From an uncultured Pseudomonadales bacterium (GTDB taxonomy: Bacteria > Pseudomonadota > Gammaproteobacteria > Pseudomonadales > Azotimanducaceae), in assembly GCA_958296025.1 (NCBI GenBank), contig OY282430.1, positions 3,212,477 to 3,276,476 on the forward strand: a stretch of DNA of 64,000 nt, in the 5' to 3' direction. A model generated the notes under the pieces. It made no database searches. It saw only the letters and a list, made by a program, of their open reading frames with translations, and was not told the DNA's origin. Positions 1 to 6,986 of this stretch are shown piece after piece. Position 1 is the stretch's first letter, and each line of letters starts with the position of its first letter. The position numbers and the translations under genes are program-made.

Positions 1-1
1 G

Positions 2-661
2 TTGCTTTCGGGCAGCATCGGTCTGATGCCCCTAGTGGCGAGGTTGGGAATACCCGACCGCATCAATGACCTCTACAATTTTCGCTTGGAGCCTTGGAGC
101 CGAGAAACCTGCATCCAGTGCTTCGAGCGCCTTGCCGAACACAACGGATTGTTGGCTGATGAAGGCGTGGCGAAAACGGTTTACGAAGCCCTCGGCATCG
201 GCATTCCCCACCATGTGCAGTCATTCTTCGCCCGGCTGCGAGACTTCGCCATGATGAAAGGCCGCGACCGAGTGACCGTGGCGGATGTGGGTGAAGTTTA
301 CCGCACCCAAATGCTCGGCCCCTCGGGGCAAAGCGACTTGTCGCATTACGAAAACCGCCTCAAGCAAGGCTTGGACGACGAGACTTTCCAGATTGCGATG
401 GAAATACTCGCCGAGGCGGCCACCCAAGGTGCGTTCACGGCAAGCGCGAGGCGCTGCCTAGAACGGGGATACGTCAGAATAATCCCAAATGCGCGGGACC
501 GCGTCAGCGAGGCGCTGGAAGTGCTGGTGCATGACGGCTATCTAACCGCCAATAGTGATGGCTACGGTTTTTACTTCCCTCTTCTGAAAGACTGGTGGGC
601 GGCCCGCTTCCGCGACCACCACATTCCCTTGGCAAGCCGATTCCCAGACAAAGACCAATGA
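2..661 (+). CDS. ATP-binding (ORC/Arch_ATPase-like) protein, C-terminal part; 5' end lies outside the window
   Basis: ORF is open to the window edge. Helical region plus winged-helix-like tail (ALEVLVHDGYL...LLKDWW), as in C-terminal halves of ATPase_2-type proteins. Its stop overlaps the next start (ATGA at 658-661). Confidence 0.45.
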   Translation: MLSGSIGLMPLVARLGIPDRINDLYNFRLEPWSRETCIQCFERLAEHNGLLADEGVAKTVYEALGIGIPHHVQSFFARLRDFAMMKGRDRVTVADVGEVYRTQMLGPSGQSDLSHYENRLKQGLDDETFQIAMEILAEAATQGAFTASARRCLERGYVRIIPNARDRVSEALEVLVHDGYLTANSDGYGFYFPLLKDWWAARFRDHHIPLASRFPDKDQ

Positions 662-3060
662 AAACCGCAATGAACGCATCGCCTGAGCGAACTATCCGCA
701 AGTTCAACCCCGGCACCTTCCAGTCAGACGAGGAGCTAATCGAACAGTTCGTGGTCAGGCAAAACGAACTCGGCATGGTGATGGAGACTTTGCGCGGCAA
801 CATTGGCTCGCCCTCGTGCCAGCACCTGCTGATCGTGGCGCCCCGCGGCAGGGGAAAAACAATGCTCCTAGCCCGGACTGCAGCGGAAATAAGGACGAAC
901 AGCGAACTATCAGAACGGCTGCTGCCAGTGCGATTCATGGAGGAAAGCCATGAAGTTTTCAACATGGCCGACTTCTGGCTGGAAACGCTGTTTCACCTAG
1001 CCAGGGAAATCGAGGGCTGCAACACCGACTTAGCGCAAGAATTGCGAGAAACCCACAGCGACTTAGCCCAGCAGTGGCGGGGAGGCGATTTGGAGGAACG
1101 CGCCCGATCCGCAGTTCTAGAAACCGCGGATAGACTAAATAGGCAGCTCGTTCTCATGGTCGAAAACCTGCAGGAAATGAACAACGCCGTGGACGACCGC
1201 TTCGGCTGGAAGCTGCGCCAGACGTTGCAGACGGAACCCCAAATCATGTTGCTCGCCACCGCCACCAGCCATTTCGAGGCATTGGATGACGTAGAACAAC
1301 CATTTTTTGAATTGTTTCGAACCCTTCACCTAGACCCACTGAACACCGAAGAATGCAGACGCCTTTGGCAAATGGCCAGCGGTAATGAGATGAGTGGAGA
1401 GCAAATAAGACCACTGGAAATTTTAACGGGCGGCGACCCGCGCTTACTAGTCATCATATCTCAGTTTTCCCATCATCGATCAGTGCATGACCTAATGGAG
1501 GACCTCGTCAAGTTAATCGACGACCACACCGAGTACTTCCGTACCCATCTAGAAGGCATCCCTAAAACCGAACGCAGAGTCTATCTCGCCCTAATCGACC
1601 TCTGGCAGCCATCCACCACCGATGAAATCACAGCTCGGGCCCGCATGGATATTCGACAAGTATCTACTCTATTGGGACGCCTCGCCAAGCGTGGCGCAGT
1701 AACCGTGAACAAAAGCGGCGGGAAAAGGCTATACGTCACAACTCAACGCCTCTACTGCATCTACTATAAGCTGCGACGACAGCGGGACGAAGCCTCCATT
1801 GTACGAAATCTAATTAGCTTTATGTCAGACTATTTTTTCGGGCCTAACGAATTACTCGAAATTTGGCGAAATATGCAAACGCTTCTTGAAAAATTTCCTG
1901 ATATTGAGAAGGACGTTAGTAACGCCATCGCTGGAACCTTGTATGACAACTGGATAGAAAAGGGAAATGTCGACGCACCTGATTCAGCGATGTCCTTTTT
2001 TGAGAGAGTTATCAAATCTTATGAAGTGCATCCTAATCCAGAAACTCGCGGCCTGGTAGCTAAGGTTTTATATCGAAAAGGTTGTATGCAGAATCATTTA
2101 GGCAATCATCGAGAGGCAATGGAGACCTTAAATGAACTAATTTTCAATTTTTCCCAACATGAAGATCAATCGGAAATCAAAGAAATGGTGGCACGGGCAT
2201 TGATTGAAAAAGGATTCATTCTCTACAGTACGGGGTCCCTTGAATTGGCAATTGAAACTTTCGATATGGTAACGGAGAAGTTTCAAGAGAGTGATGGACA
2301 TCTTTTCGTGGTAAGTTGTGCCAGTGCGATGGCGCTGAAAGGACAAGTGCTAAGTTCGCTGGGCCGATTTGATGAAGTTTTGGAAATTAGCGATAGAGCG
2401 GTCGGTCTCTATCAAAATCATACCCCTGGGGTTCATGCAGCAGCTATTGCACTTTTATTGAAGGCCAAGGCGTCCGCACATATGAACCTTTCAGCCCCCG
2501 AAGCAGCCATCGCAGCGTACAGTCAGATATACGAATGGTTTAGCAGCAGCGACGATTTGTTTGTACGTCGAATGGTGGGCACTTCTCTGGTTGCCAGGGC
2601 TGATATACAATTGCAGATACACCGTATTGAAGACGTTCTACGTAGCTGCGATGCTTTGGAGAAATATTTCGGTGATCTACATGACAACGATGGCGTTCCA
2701 TTTTCATGGTATGCTAAGTGGAAGCGGGTGAAAGTTCTTTCAGCCCAGGGCATGTACCATCAAGCCTTAGACTTGTTTAAAAGAGTATATGATCAATTTG
2801 ACGGCTGTAACAAGAAGATGGTTGCAGACATGCTTGAGGTGATCGATCTGGTTTCCAGAGGAGTATCTGAATCGGATATTGTCGGCATACTGTTAACTGA
2901 CGCAAATAAAAGCGGAAAGCTGCAGCCGCTTGTCGTTGCCTTGGAGATGCGAAGCGGGCGGAATGTACGAGCGCCCGCGGAGGTCATGAGTGTGGCCGAA
3001 GATATTTCAGCCCGCATTGATAAACAGCAGAGGTCGAACCTCTCATCCCGTGGCCGCTAA
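658..3060 (+). CDS. P-loop NTPase with winged-helix and C-terminal TPR-like repeats (STAND/ORC-like architecture)
   Basis: Walker A VAPRGRGKTML, Walker B-like LVLMVENL, wHTH-like segment (RVYLALIDLW...LGRLAKRGAV). The C-terminal ~400 aa are helical-repeat sequence rich in L/A/Y/E. Internal ATG at 658 is in frame with ORF 595..3060 and coupled to the upstream stop. Confidence 0.7.
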   Translation: MKTAMNASPERTIRKFNPGTFQSDEELIEQFVVRQNELGMVMETLRGNIGSPSCQHLLIVAPRGRGKTMLLARTAAEIRTNSELSERLLPVRFMEESHEVFNMADFWLETLFHLAREIEGCNTDLAQELRETHSDLAQQWRGGDLEERARSAVLETADRLNRQLVLMVENLQEMNNAVDDRFGWKLRQTLQTEPQIMLLATATSHFEALDDVEQPFFELFRTLHLDPLNTEECRRLWQMASGNEMSGEQIRPLEILTGGDPRLLVIISQFSHHRSVHDLMEDLVKLIDDHTEYFRTHLEGIPKTERRVYLALIDLWQPSTTDEITARARMDIRQVSTLLGRLAKRGAVTVNKSGGKRLYVTTQRLYCIYYKLRRQRDEASIVRNLISFMSDYFFGPNELLEIWRNMQTLLEKFPDIEKDVSNAIAGTLYDNWIEKGNVDAPDSAMSFFERVIKSYEVHPNPETRGLVAKVLYRKGCMQNHLGNHREAMETLNELIFNFSQHEDQSEIKEMVARALIEKGFILYSTGSLELAIETFDMVTEKFQESDGHLFVVSCASAMALKGQVLSSLGRFDEVLEISDRAVGLYQNHTPGVHAAAIALLLKAKASAHMNLSAPEAAIAAYSQIYEWFSSSDDLFVRRMVGTSLVARADIQLQIHRIEDVLRSCDALEKYFGDLHDNDGVPFSWYAKWKRVKVLSAQGMYHQALDLFKRVYDQFDGCNKKMVADMLEVIDLVSRGVSESDIVGILLTDANKSGKLQPLVVALEMRSGRNVRAPAEVMSVAEDISARIDKQQRSNLSSRGR

Positions 3061-4590
3061 CCGCTTCGAAATTTTGGAAAATTGCTCCTGCGCTGCTTGC
3101 AGATCCCCGGCGATTTCGGCGGCAATCACATCCGGCGGGGCCAGCGAATCCACGTCGGTGATGCTCTGGTCCTTGATCCAGAATAGGTCCAAGCTGAGCT
3201 TGTCCCGCTTCAACAGGTCTTTGTAGTCGTAGTCCCGCCAGCGGCCATTGGGGTTGGCTTGGCTCCAGGTGGGCTTGCGTCTGTGCATTGCGCCGGGGCA
3301 GTAGCAGTCGATGAACTCGTTGAAGTCCTCACGGCGAATGGGCTTTTGCTTCAGAGTGAAGTGCAGGTTGGTGCGCAGGTCGTAGATCCATAGTTTGTCC
3401 GTCCAAGCCTTGGCGCGGCCTTCCTTCTTGTCGAAGAAGATCACGTTGGCCTTCACGCCCGGCGAATACCAGATGCCTGTTGGCAAGCGCAGCAGGGTGT
3501 GGACGCGGCACTTTTCCAGCAGGTTGCGGCGCACCTTCTCCCCTGCCCCACCCTCGAACAACACATTGTCCGGCACCACCACCGCCGCTCGCCCATCGAT
3601 TTTCAACAGGGTGTAAATGTGCTGCACGAAGTTGAGTTGCTTGTTGCTGGTGGAGGTCCAGAAGTCCTCCCGCACCACCACCTGATTTTGCTTCGCCGTT
3701 TCGCCCTCCTCGTTCACGAACGTGAGGCTCTGCTTTTTGCCGAAGGGCGGATTGGCGAGCACCACCGAGTATTCGCCCGGCCAAGCGGCGGCGAGGCTGT
3801 CGTGGCCGGTGTGAACGACCACCTCGTCCGCGCCCTCGCCGCCGATGCCGTGCAGGTAAGCGTTCATGGCGCACATGCGCCCCACCTTCGGCGACAGTTC
3901 CATGCCTTCCACAAGTTCCGTGCGCAGCGCCCGTAGCTGGTCGCGGTCCAACTCGCGCCCAAAGCGACCCAACACATGGCTGTAGGCGGCGCACAGAAAG
4001 CCGCCAGTGCCGGCGGCCGGGTCGCAGATGCGGTCTTGCGGCCTCAGCCGCATCACTTCGCAAAGGGTCTGCACCACGGGCCGCGGCGTGAAGTACTGTC
4101 CAGCGCCCCGGGAGGATTCCTGCGCCGAACGAGCCACCAGCTCTTCGTAGATGGTGCCCTTCACATCGACCGGCAACGACATCCAGTCCACCTCGTCCAG
4201 CAGGTTCACGATGAGCTGCTTGAGCAGCGAAGGATTGTGGATTTCGCAGCGGGCGCTGCGGAAGATCACGCCGAGCATCCCCGGTTGCGTGCCCAGCGCC
4301 TCCAGGCTCTTGCGGTACTGCGCTTCCAGCGCGGCACCGTCCAAGCGCAACAACGGCGGCCAACCAAGTTCGGGCGGCACCAGCGGCTCGCGCTCGTAGG
4401 GCGGTCGAGTGAGCTGATCGGCCATCTTCAGGAACAGCAGGAGCGTGAGCTGCTCCACATACTCAAAGCAGGAGAGGCCGGCATCCTGCAACACGCCGGC
4501 GTAGCTCCAAGCGCGCTTGCCGATCTGGGATGCGTCCATGCGACGGCTACGGTATCGTGAAAGATAGGTCGTATCGACTAGGGCATCCAT
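3043..4590 (-). CDS. hsdM: Type I restriction-modification system N6-adenine DNA methyltransferase subunit
   Basis: SAM-binding motif DPAAGTGGFL and catalytic motif LANPPFGKK. 515 aa. Operon partner of hsdS/hsdR. Confidence 0.95.
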   Translation of the reverse strand: MDALVDTTYLSRYRSRRMDASQIGKRAWSYAGVLQDAGLSCFEYVEQLTLLLFLKMADQLTRPPYEREPLVPPELGWPPLLRLDGAALEAQYRKSLEALGTQPGMLGVIFRSARCEIHNPSLLKQLIVNLLDEVDWMSLPVDVKGTIYEELVARSAQESSRGAGQYFTPRPVVQTLCEVMRLRPQDRICDPAAGTGGFLCAAYSHVLGRFGRELDRDQLRALRTELVEGMELSPKVGRMCAMNAYLHGIGGEGADEVVVHTGHDSLAAAWPGEYSVVLANPPFGKKQSLTFVNEEGETAKQNQVVVREDFWTSTSNKQLNFVQHIYTLLKIDGRAAVVVPDNVLFEGGAGEKVRRNLLEKCRVHTLLRLPTGIWYSPGVKANVIFFDKKEGRAKAWTDKLWIYDLRTNLHFTLKQKPIRREDFNEFIDCYCPGAMHRRKPTWSQANPNGRWRDYDYKDLLKRDKLSLDLFWIKDQSITDVDSLAPPDVIAAEIAGDLQAAQEQFSKISKRLAATG

Positions 4591-4595
4591 CGCCG

Positions 4596-4880
4596 CTAGC
4601 CATCGTCCTCCAACCCAAGCGCCTTGCGGCTGAGTGCCGGATCATGGAAGGCCGCGATCATCTTCTCCGCCACCTCTGGCGGATCTTGGTCGATGCCGAG
4701 GCGCCGAAGGGTCGCCTCGAGCTTCTCGAAGTCGATGCCGCCGCGGCGCTTCCGTTTGGGGCAGGCCACCATTTCCACCGCCGGCTCACCGCGCTTGGTG
4801 ATGATCACTCGTTCGCCGCGCTGGGCGGCGGCGATTAACTCCGAAAGGCGCGGCTTAGCCGCGCTGATGGCGAGTTCCAT
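4596..4880 (-). CDS. Phd/YefM-family type II antitoxin (copy 1)
   Basis: N-terminus MELAISAAKPRLSELIAAAQRGERVIITKRGEPAVEMV is the typical Phd/YefM pattern. ATG at 4880. Ends 5 nt before the hsdM start. Confidence 0.8.
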   Translation of the reverse strand: MELAISAAKPRLSELIAAAQRGERVIITKRGEPAVEMVACPKRKRRGGIDFEKLEATLRRLGIDQDPPEVAEKMIAAFHDPALSRKALGLEDDG

Positions 4881-4940
4881 GCTGCTGCTCCGGTTGTCGT
4901 GGGGCAGTTTACGCTACTTCACCACCGCGGGCGATGCCGA
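4761..4940. repeat. Direct repeat copy 1 (5' half of phd gene plus its upstream leader); partner at 5275-5455
   Basis: Near-identical stretch ...cttggtgatgatcac..gttcgcc.cgctgggc.gcggcgat...gctgatggcgagttccatgctgctgctccggt... read in both places. Confidence 0.8.
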
Positions 4941-4949
4941 TCGCCTGCG

Positions 4950-5054
4950 TCAAGCGCCTTGATGTACGCTCAAAAAGAAGCACTCCCGACGAGAAAACTC
5001 ACCGCTCGACTCGGTCCACTTGAACAGGTAGTAAGTGTCGAGGAGGATCTGCAT
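4950..5054 (-). pseudogene. Truncated PIN/VapC-like toxin N-terminal fragment (34 codons)
   Basis: Hand translation gives MQILLDTYYLFKWTESSGEFSRRECFFLSVHQGA*. The ILLDT start is typical of PIN toxins that follow phd-type antitoxins. Starts 8 nt after the stop of antitoxin copy 2. Far too short for a functional PIN domain. Confidence 0.35.
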
Positions 5055-5061
5055 GCACGGC

Positions 5062-5394
5062 TCACTGGTCATCAACACCTAGCACACGACGACTCAGCGC
5101 TGAGTCATGGAGGGCTTCAGCCGTTGCTTGCGCTTCTTCAGGCAGCACATCTTCAAGGCCCAACTGCTCGCGGGCTGCCGCAAGCCGATCAAAGAAGTCG
5201 CCGTCAAGCTCCTGCTCGATACTGACGGACGTCACCTCTAGCTCCTGATTGCCGGTGTCGCCACTGCACTTGAGACACGCAACCATTTCCACTGCGGGTT
5301 TCCCGTGCTTGGTGATGATCACCCGTTCGCCCCGCTGGGCTGCGGCGATCAGCTCTGAGAGGCGCGATTTTGCCGTGCTGATGGCGAGTTCCAT
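5062..5394 (-). CDS. Phd/YefM-family type II antitoxin (copy 2, longer acidic C-terminus)
   Basis: MELAISTAKSRLSELIAAAQRGERVIITKHGKPAVEMV begins at the internal ATG 5394 of ORF 5062..5481. The first ~40 aa are nearly identical to copy 1. Confidence 0.75.
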   Translation of the reverse strand: MELAISTAKSRLSELIAAAQRGERVIITKHGKPAVEMVACLKCSGDTGNQELEVTSVSIEQELDGDFFDRLAAAREQLGLEDVLPEEAQATAEALHDSALSRRVLGVDDQ

Positions 5395-5455
5395 GCTGCT
5401 GCTCCGGTCCGTCGTTGGGCAATTTACGCCATTCTGTCGCCGCGGGCGAAACCAA
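5275..5455. repeat. Direct repeat copy 2 (partner of 4761-4940)
   Basis: See copy 1. Confidence 0.8.
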
Positions 5456-5477
5456 TGCTGTAAGAGGCTGACTGGAC

Positions 5478-6986
5478 TCACCCAACGGCCTTGGTGGCTC
5501 TAGCACCGGTGTGGCGATGGCGCTTAGCTCCTTTCCGTTTTTGCGTTTCCCGTTCGGCGGCGATGCGTTCGAGCAGTTTCGCTGCCGGCTCGTCGTTGGG
5601 GTCTTGCGGAACCAGTTCGCCAGTGAATGCGCGATGCAGCGTGGACTGGCGGAACCTTTGGCAATCCTTCAGCTTTGCATCAATAACAACCGCGACTGCG
5701 TCAATGGCGGAAAGCTGCTCATCTACTGTCGCCACAATCATGCGCTGTTCCTCCACCGGCGGCAGTGGGACTGCCAGTCCGCGCAAGATATGGTTGTTGA
5801 TGTTTCTCTGAGCGGTTGCAGGGGCATAGGCAGATACTCGACTCTTCGCGCTCTGCATAAAGAGCTCGACGTATCCTACCGAGACGAGAGATGGCTCAAA
5901 GATAACTCCGACAATGCTATCTGGGAAGCAGGCAGGATAAGTCAGAATTGCCGTTTCAGCGATGTTAGCTGCGATAGTTATGCACAAAGTTCCTCGTGGC
6001 CAGAGGCGGCTCTGCCTTAGGCCAGCTTCGCTATAGGTCTGAGTATGTTCTTGAAGAAATCGTGGTGCTCGTCTCACATCGCTTGTTTGCACAAATGGAT
6101 ATGGACCACCGTAGAGAAAGTCAGCGTTTCGCGGCCGGTGCTTTGAGCGTCCACGATCGATCTGTCCAAGTTGATCTAGCGAGACCCAACACCAGCGCTT
6201 CGGCAGCGAAGGCAGGATTGCTGTGTCCGCCAACACCGGTTCCTTGTACTCCGCTTTCCAGTTCTTCGGTGGCGTTTTGCCTTTCTCGGCGTAGGTGCAT
6301 AGCTGATCTTGCTCCCATCGTTGGCGGCGCTCGGCGAGGATGCGTTGCAGGAGTACACTCGTCGGCTCGGCATGGGGATGCTCGTCACGCCAATCAGCGG
6401 TCAGATCGCCTTCCACAGCCGCATTCAGCAGCGAGGCGCGGTAGAGGCCCAGCTTCTCTCGGCAGCGCTCCAAGGCGGCGACGCCGACGGCCAAGTCGTC
6501 GAGCAGCTCACCGAGCAAGTTGGCCATGCGGATTTGCTCGTTCTTTGGAGGTAGCGCCAGCGGGAAGGTGCGTAATTGGCCGAAATCCACCCGCGGGCGA
6601 TCGCCAGCGTTGAGGTGGCTGGCAAAGTCAACGAAGTCGTAGGCGCTCAAGCGGCGCTTGAGGAAAGCACCCGATACCGCGTGGTTCTCGGGCATGACCA
6701 CGAATTCCCCTGAACAGAGGCCGTCGAAGTCTGGCTGATACACCTTGTTCAAGTAGGGGCGCAACCTGCCGTAGAGGACATCGCCTCGTTTGAAGGCGTT
6801 GGCACTGCTTCTCATTGTGGCCGCGGACGTAGTGCCGAGCAACTTCGTGGTGTGCGCTTCAACATGCTCCATGCCAACGAATCTGGCGGTTGGCGTCGCC
6901 TGCGGGTCGGCTTTGACGCGCCTTGGTTCGATCAAATCACCGAGTGTCGTCATTACCCAGCCACTTGGCAGGCCATTTGCGTTCAC
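5478..6986 (-). CDS. hsdS: Type I restriction-modification system specificity subunit
   Basis: Two target-recognition halves, each followed by the conserved spacer motif (LALPPKNEQIRMANLL and VPLPPVEEQRMIVATV). GTG start overlaps the hsdR stop (GTGA). Confidence 0.9.
   Translation of the reverse strand: MNANGLPSGWVMTTLGDLIEPRRVKADPQATPTARFVGMEHVEAHTTKLLGTTSAATMRSSANAFKRGDVLYGRLRPYLNKVYQPDFDGLCSGEFVVMPENHAVSGAFLKRRLSAYDFVDFASHLNAGDRPRVDFGQLRTFPLALPPKNEQIRMANLLGELLDDLAVGVAALERCREKLGLYRASLLNAAVEGDLTADWRDEHPHAEPTSVLLQRILAERRQRWEQDQLCTYAEKGKTPPKNWKAEYKEPVLADTAILPSLPKRWCWVSLDQLGQIDRGRSKHRPRNADFLYGGPYPFVQTSDVRRAPRFLQEHTQTYSEAGLRQSRLWPRGTLCITIAANIAETAILTYPACFPDSIVGVIFEPSLVSVGYVELFMQSAKSRVSAYAPATAQRNINNHILRGLAVPLPPVEEQRMIVATVDEQLSAIDAVAVVIDAKLKDCQRFRQSTLHRAFTGELVPQDPNDEPAAKLLERIAAERETQKRKGAKRHRHTGARATKAVG

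Noticed and set aside
3329-4363. 344-aa ORF on the minus strand inside hsdM (another frame), Arg/Gly/Ala-rich
   Set aside because: It is a typical shadow ORF of GC-rich coding DNA. It has no motifs and lies entirely within a well-supported gene.
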